Shown here: positions 39,343 through 48,457 of the stretch, piece by piece
Position numbering within the stretch: the first letter of the stretch is position 1
How the letters are laid out: each line of letters begins with the position of its first letter
Assembly (NCBI GenBank): GCA_944392785.1
Contig: CALXXW010000025.1
Coordinates: forward strand, 43,264 to 107,263
Length of the DNA: 64,000 bases
DNA from: an uncultured Alphaproteobacteria bacterium
Lineage (GTDB): Bacteria; Pseudomonadota; Alphaproteobacteria; CAAHEQ01; UBA3637
Direction of reading: 5' to 3'
The notes under the pieces: generated by a model
What the model was told of the DNA's origin: nothing
Database searches by the model: none
What the model saw: only the letters and a program-made list of their open reading frames with translations
Translations under genes and position numbers: made by a program

Positions 39343-41850
39343 TTAAAAGAACAGGCGCAGGTCAATCAATCCGGTGTGATTTTGATAATCGGATTTAAAG
39401 AGACCTTGATATGTCAGGCCTATCTGTACTTTTTGGGCGATATTTAAGGAAGTGCGAGCCTCGGCTTCAACACCGAAGCGTTCCTGTTCTTCCGGTATAA
39501 TGGTATAGCGTCTTCCGCTGGGGATAATCACATCTGTCGTCCCTTTGGGCTTGATAAAGTCATAGGTGGCAGAAGCTCCCAATCGGGTGCGCAGTGCCGA
39601 GCTTTTTCCCAATGGGAATTCGACATCATACATTAATCCGACCAAGCCCGTCAGAACGTTCATATCTGTCTCGTCGACTTGCTGTCCCAGTGAGTCGGTA
39701 TAGGCTTCGCGCTGAATGTTAAAATAGCGTGTTCCGACATTGGGGACCAGATCCCCGGTCAGCCAGTCACCCATTCGCATATATCCCAAGCTATATCCTA
39801 ATTTGGAGGATACGGCAATAACATCCGTGTCATAATCAGCGGTGATACGGAATCCGGCCGCCGTGCTTTCTTCCTCATAGGATCCTCTGCCGTAAGAAGC
39901 AATGATATTCCAAAATAAAGCTCCCGGATTATATTCTCCATAGATAAACCCACTGTGGGTTGTTTGGTCGATTGCCCGATTGATACTGTCAATGTCAGAG
40001 GTTGTGTAGCCATATCCCAAACCTAAACGCATATCTTTTGTCGGGAAAAAGTCTAACCCGACCGCAAGGGTGTCATTTGTCGCATCATAAGCATATGCTT
40101 TGGAATAATCAGCATCTCCATGAGCACCCAATACCCATAAAGCGCCGGCTCTGTGTGGGTCTATCACACGTTCGCCATAGCTTTGGCGCGTGGGAGCATA
40201 GTTGCTGGCATGCTTGAGTCGATACTCCACTAAATTGAAGAGCTGACGACCAATTTCTTGTGATTGCGTCGCAACAATAGGCGCAATGTTCGGTGCAATA
40301 CCGATTAAAGCATTTTTGAATTCATGTGGGTCGTCTAAGTAGAGGTTATTTAACTCATCAATGAAATCACCTTCATCCCTCATCCAAGCATTGACGATAC
40401 GGCATAAATTTCCATCGGTGAGGTTGTACTTAGAACAAATCTCCGACCAGTCGTCTTGTCCCGGAATATCCGTTCCCGGTTCATCCGGACCAGGATCCGG
40501 GTTTGGATCGATAGGTCCGGTTGTATCCCAAAGCTTGATATGCAATAAATTGTCTGATCCGATATAGCCAATATACTGATTGCCGTTAATGGCAAAATTT
40601 TGATTGATAAGTGAGGCATCTATATTGACTGTTCCCTCGCTGACGTTAAAAATATCAAACGTTTTTTCTTCTTGAGGGGCTAATGTAAAGGCGCCATCCT
40701 CAACTGTGATTTTGAATTTTGTTGTGCTTTGTATGGTAGCTCCGAAGGAAATCGTATTGGCCAATAAATTTCCAAAAACAGTTTCCGATTCAATAGTCAA
40801 TCCTAATTTTCCCCCGTCTGAGAAAGAAAAAGAACGAGCTTCGGTTTGCCAACTGCCAATATCTAACAATCCCCCGATAACGGCAACGTTGACTCCGTTG
40901 GATAGGTCTTTTTCACCCGATCCGAAAGCCTGGACGCCGTTCAGGCGTAATGTCCCGTTATACAGATTGATATCCGTTGCATGAAGAATGGTGCCATAAC
41001 GATTAAGAGTCTCATTGCGTGTCAAATCGATGATGCCGTTCAGTCCCGAACCATTGTTGATGTTAACGGCATAAGTGGCAACCTGGGTGCGATGCCCGTC
41101 AATACCACCGTCAAAACTGAGTGTGTATCCATCTGCGGCATTTAAGTTTAACACCTTTCCATAGGCTTCTCCGCCGGCAACGTCTGAATCCGTTCCGCCC
41201 ATGTGAATATCATGGCCACCTTCCATTGCTTGATTACCCGAGAAAATAACATCTTTGGAGAAGGCGCTGACTGTCATGCTGCGTGCCGAATAAATAGCTC
41301 CGCCGCCTGTGTAGGGAGCTGTTGTTCCAGTCCCGGAGCTATTTGTCTCGCCACGACTGATATTGTTTGTAAAATTCGTATCCGTCAGCAGAGCATTGTC
41401 TGTGAAATTTAAAATAGCACCGCCGGCTCCGGCTGCCTCGTTCGCGTGGAATGAGGAGTTATCAATAACCAAGCTGCCTCCTAAATACATATAAATGGCT
41501 CCGCCGCTTTGAGCCATAACAGTACCGAAGCCGCTACCCGTTGAGTTGTTATTGAATATAGTATCCGTGACATGTACATGGCTGTTGGTGTCGCCGAAGA
41601 TAGCTGCTCCGCTGTAGCGCATCCCTTCCACATTAACAGTATTACCGCTGAATGTCAGACCGTTCACATAGACGACATCAGGATGATCCGTGATTTTGAT
41701 GACGCCGTCGACTTGCCCGGATTGACTCTGAAGATTGTCGGGCGTTCGGGTAGAGGTAAAGTCGTAAACAGCAGCCTCTGTCGTATTTGAAAAATAGGTT
41801 GACAAAAATATCAAGGTTATAAAAAACGCGAACAAAGATGTTAAATGCAT
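39343..41850 (-). CDS. Autotransporter adhesin with PMP repeats (paralog)
   Basis: Same architecture as the neighbour: GGAIYMY, FHANEAAGAGGAIL and GGGAIYSA repeats, a Pro-rich linker (PIDPNPDPGPDEPGTDIPG), and a C-terminal barrel ending in F. Confidence 0.85.
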   Translation of the reverse strand: MHLTSLFAFFITLIFLSTYFSNTTEAAVYDFTSTRTPDNLQSQSGQVDGVIKITDHPDVVYVNGLTFSGNTVNVEGMRYSGAAIFGDTNSHVHVTDTIFNNNSTGSGFGTVMAQSGGAIYMYLGGSLVIDNSSFHANEAAGAGGAILNFTDNALLTDTNFTNNISRGETNSSGTGTTAPYTGGGAIYSARSMTVSAFSKDVIFSGNQAMEGGHDIHMGGTDSDVAGGEAYGKVLNLNAADGYTLSFDGGIDGHRTQVATYAVNINNGSGLNGIIDLTRNETLNRYGTILHATDINLYNGTLRLNGVQAFGSGEKDLSNGVNVAVIGGLLDIGSWQTEARSFSFSDGGKLGLTIESETVFGNLLANTISFGATIQSTTKFKITVEDGAFTLAPQEEKTFDIFNVSEGTVNIDASLINQNFAINGNQYIGYIGSDNLLHIKLWDTTGPIDPNPDPGPDEPGTDIPGQDDWSEICSKYNLTDGNLCRIVNAWMRDEGDFIDELNNLYLDDPHEFKNALIGIAPNIAPIVATQSQEIGRQLFNLVEYRLKHASNYAPTRQSYGERVIDPHRAGALWVLGAHGDADYSKAYAYDATNDTLAVGLDFFPTKDMRLGLGYGYTTSDIDSINRAIDQTTHSGFIYGEYNPGALFWNIIASYGRGSYEEESTAAGFRITADYDTDVIAVSSKLGYSLGYMRMGDWLTGDLVPNVGTRYFNIQREAYTDSLGQQVDETDMNVLTGLVGLMYDVEFPLGKSSALRTRLGASATYDFIKPKGTTDVIIPSGRRYTIIPEEQERFGVEAEARTSLNIAQKVQIGLTYQGLFKSDYQNHTGLIDLRLFF

Positions 41851-41882
41851 GTTTTCTCCTTATGTGTCTTGTTGGTTTCTCT

Positions 41883-41911
41883 ATTTTATACCGGAGTATG
41901 ATATCTGTCAA
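41883..41911 (-). promoter_or_regulatory. Promoter candidate for the 39343-41850 autotransporter
   Basis: Minus strand: TTGACA, a 17-nt spacer, TAAAAT. Confidence 0.45.
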
Positions 41912-41995
41912 GATATTTTTTGGCAAGGTTTATTATAATGTTCTTGAAAAAGCCTAAAAAAGGGTGTATTCTTATGCCCTGTAAGGAGAAAAAAC

Positions 41996-42322
41996 ATGTT
42001 CTTAAAACCGCACAAAGGGGGATATATGCTATCTGTACGTGTGATGCCGAATGCTCGGCATAATGGTATAGAGGGTATATGGAATGAGACATTTGTTAAA
42101 ATAGCGCTTTCGGCGCCGGCGGTTGATGGTAAGGCTAATGAAGCGCTGATTTCTTTAATAGCGGATAGGCTTCATATCAGAAAAAGTGCCGTTTCCTTAA
42201 TTTCCGGAATTAAGTCTCGGGAAAAACGTTTGGGAATTCATGGGGAATTACCGTCGGAGACAGTCGCCGCTTTTGAAGAAGAAATAAGAGCGACATGTCA
42301 ATCAGGGAAAGCACTTTATTGA
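41996..42322 (+). CDS. DUF167 (YggU-like) protein
   Basis: VRVMPNARHNGIEGIWNE...ALSAPAVDGKANEALISLIADRL pattern. Confidence 0.7.
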   Translation: MFLKPHKGGYMLSVRVMPNARHNGIEGIWNETFVKIALSAPAVDGKANEALISLIADRLHIRKSAVSLISGIKSREKRLGIHGELPSETVAAFEEEIRATCQSGKALY

Positions 42323-44940
42323 GCCTGTGATTTGTCACGAATCAACATTTTGGTTGAGATGTCAGAAGGGGTTTTTTCCTTATTTCCTTGGCTTTTCAAG
42401 ATATGTGACGGCGTCGGATTAAAAAGGGATAAGATGAAAGGCTGATGTGTTTGTTGAAATATCGTCATATAGTGATTTAACAAGCTTTCCCAGTTTTCGG
42501 TAGCGGTTTCTTTTTGATGGGTAGCGACTCTTTTTTTCAATATATCAATCATATCGAACACAGGCTGTGTTCGGCCGCCATATAGTTTGTCCGAAAAATA
42601 CCACAAGTAAGAGATATCGTTGCCTTTTTCTGGGACATCCGCATGTTCATTCACGGTTTTTACGGATTCTTCAGGAGATAGAACCTGGGGATGTGCAAGT
42701 GTCAGGGGGCCGTATACCGGGTGAATTACCCCGATAAGACCTTGATTTTCGCTTGGAAAAATTTCGGAAAAATGAATGGTCTGTTGAGGCAATAACGTCA
42801 TATCCACATAGTATATATAATCATATCGATACAGATTACGGCGCACACGATTAAACATATCAAAATGAGAGAATTCTTGTTCTTGCGACGATTCAAGATA
42901 GATTGGACTGACGTTTGATGGGAATTTTTTTGTTTTATCATCGGTAAAGACAAAGTAGTGCTTTTTATTTGTTGGCGCAAAATGGGTCTCCATTGCTTGA
43001 TAGAACGTCTCCCAAAGTGCCGTATCAGAACCGGTTGCAACCGAGAGAATGGCAATTTCCTTGTCTTTATCCTGAGCTTCGATACGGACCCACTCCTTGG
43101 GTAAAATTTTGTTGACACTGTTTGGGTCGATAAAATCCCAGTGGGTCGGAGCCAGCACAATTTTATGCGGATTATCGTTCAGCCAAGCTCCCCACCATGA
43201 AAAGGTGGAATTGGCGATAATGTTATGCTTGCACAGGCTCATCAGTTGCATATCGCGCCAGTCCGGTTTCCCCTGATTCACGTCAACAAAAGTAATGGAG
43301 GCATCCTTGATGATGAAGTTTTTTTTCGCCCAATTCAAGTCATTTGAAAAAACAAAAAAAGTCGGATGATCAACGTGCTTTTTGATATAATCAATAGCGT
43401 TTTCGTAATAAGAAAGAGGAATGCTAAAATAGTCCGAGTTATTGATATAATCTCCTCGCCTGATGTGAATGGAGACACTGTTTTCTGAGGTGATTCTGGA
43501 CAGCAGTTGTTGAGTTGCCGCATCATCGCTGGGAGGATAGCGCCAGCGTAAAATCTGACGTAATGCTTCCTCTTCTTGCTCCAAGAAAAAGGGTGTTTGC
43601 ATATAGCCATGTATTGAAATAAGATCCGGCTGTTTAAAGCGTGTTGGGGAATAATCAAAAGATGATGTTTTTGACCGCCACCGTTGTCGGGCTTGTCCCG
43701 GCATACTGGTATATAAGAGAAGGTTATGGGGGTTGAGAACGGGATCATCTGCCGTGAAAATGTTTTGAATTTGAGCATTGTTCGTATACAGTGTTTTCCC
43801 ATGTTTGAGTGCATAGGCTTTGGCGCTGGCGTATTGAAACAGCACATTTCCTAAACCGCCCAGATAAAGGATTTCTACATTTTCCTGAATTTTATCCGGA
43901 TGAGAATAAAATAACTCAAAGGCGATTGTATTGGCAATTAGGCGTTGGTTGGATTGGCTTCTGTGATTTTCTCGCCATGTATGGATTTCGTCCATATAAG
44001 CTTTATATTCTTCCTCGGGCATATTTTTGATGTATTGATACAACTCGTCATATGATTCAAACTTTGTCATATCAATAAAACACGTGGACGGAATATACTC
44101 GGCGATATTAGGGGCACCCAGATAGATGGGTATCGTGCCGGCCGATAAAGCTTGATAGATTTTTTCTGATACGTAGTTATCGGCGCGCGCATTTTCAAAA
44201 ACAAAGGCGAATCGAGCCCGGGATAAAGCCTGATAAGAATCTTCAGCATATCCCAGATATCTTTGATCGAAAATTTGGCGTGTTTGGGCGGAAAAACGTT
44301 TGCGATATAATTCCCATCCGCGACCATACAGATAAAAGTCTTCGGGATGATTTTCCATGAACCAATGTATCAATCTTCGTCGTTCTTGGTAAATGTTGTG
44401 TTCCTTGCTGGAGCGTAAATTGCCCCCCATATAGACGGCTAATACATCTTTTGGCAGCGTTTTTTTTGACCAGGTGATGGGATCATATGGTATGGGAAGA
44501 TAGAAGTATTTTTGATTATCCACTAATTTTTTATCCCATGTGAAAATTTTATTCATATGTCGGACAACCTCATCCGAGGGAGGAATTTGGACACCGATGG
44601 GAGATTCTTGCAACCATAAATAACTATGCTTGGCTTGTTCCTTTGTCGGGATAGTATAGTTGCGCCAAGCATAGACAACCAAATCACTTTCCTCCGGAGG
44701 ATACATATCCTGTGTCATCAGCATATAGCCGTTTCTAGCAAAATGACGTTGCAGATGTCTTGCCCATTCAAAATCGTCAAAAATACGATTGTTCAAGCCG
44801 CTATCCCACACATATAAGGTTGCTTTTCGAGGACCTTGTAATCCCAGCCATAAAAAACCAATCAATATCATCTCCAAAATGGCTAAACTCACGGAAGCCA
44901 GCTGCCATCGTCCAAGAAAAAGGGTTGAGAAATGTTTCAT
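42316..44940 (-). CDS. Membrane-anchored tri-domain glycosyltransferase: GT10 (alpha1,3/4-fucosyltransferase-like) + GT11 (alpha1,2-fucosyltransferase-like) + GT6 (alpha1,3-Gal/GalNAc-transferase-like)
   Basis: N-terminal TM helix. GT10 motif FAFVFENARADNYVSEKIYQALSAGTIPIYLG (aa ~244-274). GT11 motifs GGLGNVLFQY, SIHIRRGDY and ANSTFSWWGAWL (aa ~355-600). GT6-like segment HYFVFTDD, YDYIYYVDM, LIGVIHPVYG, LWYFSDKLYGG and NWESLLNHY (aa ~625-845). Confidence 0.85.
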   Translation of the reverse strand: MKHFSTLFLGRWQLASVSLAILEMILIGFLWLGLQGPRKATLYVWDSGLNNRIFDDFEWARHLQRHFARNGYMLMTQDMYPPEESDLVVYAWRNYTIPTKEQAKHSYLWLQESPIGVQIPPSDEVVRHMNKIFTWDKKLVDNQKYFYLPIPYDPITWSKKTLPKDVLAVYMGGNLRSSKEHNIYQERRRLIHWFMENHPEDFYLYGRGWELYRKRFSAQTRQIFDQRYLGYAEDSYQALSRARFAFVFENARADNYVSEKIYQALSAGTIPIYLGAPNIAEYIPSTCFIDMTKFESYDELYQYIKNMPEEEYKAYMDEIHTWRENHRSQSNQRLIANTIAFELFYSHPDKIQENVEILYLGGLGNVLFQYASAKAYALKHGKTLYTNNAQIQNIFTADDPVLNPHNLLLYTSMPGQARQRWRSKTSSFDYSPTRFKQPDLISIHGYMQTPFFLEQEEEALRQILRWRYPPSDDAATQQLLSRITSENSVSIHIRRGDYINNSDYFSIPLSYYENAIDYIKKHVDHPTFFVFSNDLNWAKKNFIIKDASITFVDVNQGKPDWRDMQLMSLCKHNIIANSTFSWWGAWLNDNPHKIVLAPTHWDFIDPNSVNKILPKEWVRIEAQDKDKEIAILSVATGSDTALWETFYQAMETHFAPTNKKHYFVFTDDKTKKFPSNVSPIYLESSQEQEFSHFDMFNRVRRNLYRYDYIYYVDMTLLPQQTIHFSEIFPSENQGLIGVIHPVYGPLTLAHPQVLSPEESVKTVNEHADVPEKGNDISYLWYFSDKLYGGRTQPVFDMIDILKKRVATHQKETATENWESLLNHYMTIFQQTHQPFILSLFNPTPSHILKSQGNKEKTPSDISTKMLIRDKSQAQ

Positions 44941-45740
44941 GATCGCTTACTCCGTATGTGATTGCTGCTTTCATAGCGTTTGAGGCCCTGATAAAAGCTG
45001 AAAATAGCCAAACCAAAAAAGCCGACAGAAATACTCAGAATGGTGATTATTTTCCCGAAAGAGGGTGTATGTATCATCTCAATCGGTAAGATAGACATGA
45101 CGCCGGCCGGGAAAATAAAAATCAGGATGAATTTGGCAAGACCGCTATAGATACATCCGGGATAGCCGGCTATGTTAAAAAATATGAAAAAAAGGCGCTC
45201 GCTTAAGTCAGAGGCATCACGCGCATAAAAAGGAATAGAGCTGAAAAGAATACTCATACTCAAGAACAATAAAGCCGCCGCAAGGAACATCAGGATGATA
45301 ACTCCCAGATTTCCTGGGGTGATAAGGCCGGAAAAAGACATTAACAAACAGCCGGAAATCAAGTCCCCTAAACCTGAAGCATCCGAAACAGAGCAACAAA
45401 TATGGAATAAAGGATTGCGCGGTTGAATGAGATAAGGGTCCAACTCTCCGAATTCAATCAGTCGTGCCAAATGAATACCGGCTCCTCGGAAAAAAAGCGT
45501 GAACAGGCTCAATGCGGCGATGACCAATCCGCTCATGAACATAAAATCCGAAAACGCCCATCCGTTAATATGGTTAAATGATTGAAAGACGGCCCACCAT
45601 CCGACCAATAAAATAAGATTGTTCAAACACATAAAGACAATGCGTCCGAAAAAAGCCGTCTTAAGCGCAAAAGCCGACTTGGCCGCTAATTTAAGCAGAG
45701 AAAACCAGAAATCCAGCTGTTTAACCGCCATTAATCGCAA
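44937..45740 (-). CDS. ABC-2-type transporter permease (DUF990-like)
   Basis: Six TM helices, 267 aa. Translationally coupled to its neighbours on both sides. Confidence 0.7.
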   Translation of the reverse strand: MRLMAVKQLDFWFSLLKLAAKSAFALKTAFFGRIVFMCLNNLILLVGWWAVFQSFNHINGWAFSDFMFMSGLVIAALSLFTLFFRGAGIHLARLIEFGELDPYLIQPRNPLFHICCSVSDASGLGDLISGCLLMSFSGLITPGNLGVIILMFLAAALLFLSMSILFSSIPFYARDASDLSERLFFIFFNIAGYPGCIYSGLAKFILIFIFPAGVMSILPIEMIHTPSFGKIITILSISVGFFGLAIFSFYQGLKRYESSNHIRSKRS

Positions 45741-46509
45741 CCTTTCGCATCAAGAGGACATACATCAGTTTAAGTATACCGGAGATGCCTATTATCCACA
45801 ACAGCAACATGCCACCGGTTTGAACGGCACTTATCCAACTGAATTCGTAAATCAAGTGGCTGACACCATATCCGGCATATCCAAACGGTGTGCTCATAGC
45901 CAGTGTCTGAAGCCATTGAGGATATAAAGTCAAAGGAAAAAATAACCCTCCCAGGATATATTCTGCCTTTTGAATCATCCAAAATAAGGGTAAAGAGTCT
46001 TGCAGGAATAAAGCGGATAAACCAACAAAAATGGTCCCCAAGGAAAGCACAATCATGGAGAGTGTCAACAAAATGAGAATGACGGGAAAAGCTTGAAAAT
46101 CGTGAGGTAGTTCTCCACCGCTTAAATAAATGGCCCATATACCGCCAAAGAACAGCAAAATCGGCAGACGTACCAAGAAAGTTCCCAAACTTTCACATAA
46201 TTTGGCCCCGATATAGGAGACGGGTCTCAATAAACAGTAGGCGATATCTCCTGTTCGGACATCCTCTTCTATCCGGCGATGCAAGCCTTCCGGGCGCCCA
46301 TATTGCAACAGGCATCCCAGCAACAAATACCATATCAAATCTGTCGGTTGAATCGTTTGACTGTCTAAGGTTTCTGCTTTGACAACCATCCAAAATTGTC
46401 GAAATATGGTCAGCATGATCAACATTAAGAGAACGCGGGCGCTCAACGTTTTGAGATGAGAGATTTGTTCTCGGGCGGCAGCCAACAATAATGTCAGATA
46501 CTTTTTCAT
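45721..46509 (-). CDS. ABC-2-type transporter permease (DUF990-like)
   Basis: RTGDIAYCLLRPVSY motif, six TM helices. It overlaps the ATPase stop. Confidence 0.7.
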   Translation of the reverse strand: MKKYLTLLLAAAREQISHLKTLSARVLLMLIMLTIFRQFWMVVKAETLDSQTIQPTDLIWYLLLGCLLQYGRPEGLHRRIEEDVRTGDIAYCLLRPVSYIGAKLCESLGTFLVRLPILLFFGGIWAIYLSGGELPHDFQAFPVILILLTLSMIVLSLGTIFVGLSALFLQDSLPLFWMIQKAEYILGGLFFPLTLYPQWLQTLAMSTPFGYAGYGVSHLIYEFSWISAVQTGGMLLLWIIGISGILKLMYVLLMRKVAINGG

Positions 46510-47426
46510 AGGCTTTCCCTTTGATACAAGCTGCGAATAATTTCTTCCAGCGGCGGGTTTGAAATACTCATATCCGATAGATGCCCGCTTTGTGTCAGGC
46601 GCATAATTTCTTGAGCCAGATCTGAGCTATTGACGGATATCCGTCTTTCTTCTTTGTGACCGTCAGCATAAAAGGCCGTTATGACTTTTTCCGTTATATA
46701 TTTTTGTTTTAAAATATCCAGCGTGGTATCTAAAATTAAGCGGCCCTTGTTGATTAAAATGACACGGTGGCAAATTTCTTCGATATCACCGGTATCATGT
46801 GACGTTAACAGAATAGTCATCCCTTCTGTCTGAGCTAATTTCTTCAAGGTCTTACGAATGATATTTTTGGCCGTAATGTCTAGACCGATGGTCGGTTCAT
46901 CCAAGAATAAAATTTCGGGTTGATGGATTAAGGAGGCGACAATTTCACAACGCATGCGCTCGCCCAATGACAACTGTCTGACGGGGCGAGAGATGAAAGA
47001 TTCAATTTGAAAAAGTCGCGCCAGATAGCTTTGTCTTTTTTGGATATCCGCATTGGATAGACCGTACATTTTTCCGATTAAGCGGAAAGAATCCGCTGCC
47101 GGCAAATGAAACCACAACTGCGAGTGTTGACCGAAAATGACACCGATACGCGGTAATAGGTGTTTGCGAGCTGTCCAAGGATTCATTCCCAACAAAGAAA
47201 TGTCGCCGTTGGTCGGATATAAAATAGCCGTTATCATTTTAATGGTTGTTGATTTACCGGCTCCGTTCGGTCCTATGAAGGCCACACATTCGCCTTTGGT
47301 GACGGAAAATGAAATATCTCGCACAGCATGTATTATTTTATTCCCTTGTTTGCTTTTGACGGGGAAAGATTTACTGAGGTGTGTGACACACAGAGCCGTT
47401 GTTGATGTTGTATCAGATGTATTCAT
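46506..47426 (-). CDS. ABC transporter ATP-binding protein
   Basis: Walker A GPNGAGKST, signature LSLGERMR, Walker B ILFLDEPT. Confidence 0.9.
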   Translation of the reverse strand: MNTSDTTSTTALCVTHLSKSFPVKSKQGNKIIHAVRDISFSVTKGECVAFIGPNGAGKSTTIKMITAILYPTNGDISLLGMNPWTARKHLLPRIGVIFGQHSQLWFHLPAADSFRLIGKMYGLSNADIQKRQSYLARLFQIESFISRPVRQLSLGERMRCEIVASLIHQPEILFLDEPTIGLDITAKNIIRKTLKKLAQTEGMTILLTSHDTGDIEEICHRVILINKGRLILDTTLDILKQKYITEKVITAFYADGHKEERRISVNSSDLAQEIMRLTQSGHLSDMSISNPPLEEIIRSLYQRESL

Positions 47427-47441
47427 GTTAAATCGTTTCCT

Positions 47442-47573
47442 CTAGAGTCGCCAGCGAATCCATGTAAATAAAGGGTTGCACAGCGTTTTTTGATTGACAC
47501 CTGTCCGTTCAAAAGAGCCGGTTATCAAGCTGGCTCCTAATACACAAACAAAAAGTATCTTTCCCAATTTCAT
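47442..47573 (-). CDS. Candidate 43-aa leaderless small secreted/membrane peptide
   Basis: MKLGKILFVCVLGASLITGSFERTGVNQKTLCNPLFTWIRWRL. The ATG lies 7 nt after the -10 of a strong promoter, and the stop lies 15 nt before the ABC ATPase start. There is no homology evidence. Confidence 0.3.
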   Translation of the reverse strand: MKLGKILFVCVLGASLITGSFERTGVNQKTLCNPLFTWIRWRL

Positions 47574-47580
47574 AGAAGGC

Positions 47581-47609
47581 ACTATAAACCAAAATATGAT
47601 TATTTTCAA
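47581..47609 (-). promoter_or_regulatory. Promoter of the peptide/ABC-2/tri-GT operon
   Basis: Minus strand: TTGAAA, a 17-nt spacer, TATAGT. Confidence 0.5.
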
Positions 47610-47632
47610 ATAAAAAAAAGCAATTCCGTGTT

Positions 47633-48427
47633 TTAATCTAAGACACAAAAAATCGGGGCATGATCGGATGTTTTATTCCAACCGCGAACACCTTCAAAAA
47701 TACCGGCTGTTCGGATATGGGGCGTTAAATCGGATGATGCCAAGAAATAATCTAACATCATTCCCATGTTTTTTGGCCAAGCGCCTCCTTGAAAATCCCA
47801 AAAAGAGTAAAGTCGTTCCGTTGGATATATGAGTCTGATGGCATTTGTCATGGGAATTTGTGTGTAGGCCTGAAACGCCGCACGAACCGAGGGGAGCATG
47901 ACGGCGTTATTGCGAAACAGATCAGGGTTATATACATCGGAATCTCGTTCTATCACATTAAAATCGCCACCGATAATAACGGGTTGATGCCGTCGATGCC
48001 TCTCCTTTAGATGCTCCTCCAGTGCGTGCATCCACTGTAATTTATAGGTTAATCTGGTTGTATCTTGTGGATTATTCAAAGGGGGATTCCCGTTCGGAAC
48101 ATAAACAGATATGACATGCATACCGTTCGGAAGAACGCCCTCGATGAAACGAGCCTGCTCAGGTTCGTGGGTGCTCAAAGTCGGTAAGGTTATGTGAACC
48201 TCTTGAAAGGGCTCGCGACTGAGTAAGGCAACACCATTCCACGATTTTTGACCGTTGATAGCGGCTTCATACCCGGCCTCTTTTAAGGCTTCAAAAGGGA
48301 ACGTATCCTTTGTTGCTTTGATTTCTTGCAGGCAAACAATATCCGGCCTCTCTTGCTCTAACAGTTTCAACAAAGCGGGCAAACGTGCGCGAATCGAGGC
48401 AACATTCCAAGAAATTAGTGTTTGCAT
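47633..48427 (-). CDS. xthA: Exodeoxyribonuclease III
   Basis: ISWNVASIRAR, CLQEIK, SDHAP at the C-terminus, 264 aa. Confidence 0.9.
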   Translation of the reverse strand: MQTLISWNVASIRARLPALLKLLEQERPDIVCLQEIKATKDTFPFEALKEAGYEAAINGQKSWNGVALLSREPFQEVHITLPTLSTHEPEQARFIEGVLPNGMHVISVYVPNGNPPLNNPQDTTRLTYKLQWMHALEEHLKERHRRHQPVIIGGDFNVIERDSDVYNPDLFRNNAVMLPSVRAAFQAYTQIPMTNAIRLIYPTERLYSFWDFQGGAWPKNMGMMLDYFLASSDLTPHIRTAGIFEGVRGWNKTSDHAPIFCVLD

Positions 48428-48457
48428 TTTCTTTCCTTTCGTGATATATCATCATCC

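Noticed and set aside
42798-43847. Alternate-frame ORFs (42798-43160 and 43335-43847, minus strand) inside the tri-domain glycosyltransferase gene
   Set aside because: They lie out of frame within a continuous ORF that carries GT10, GT11 and GT6 motifs. They have no independent signals.
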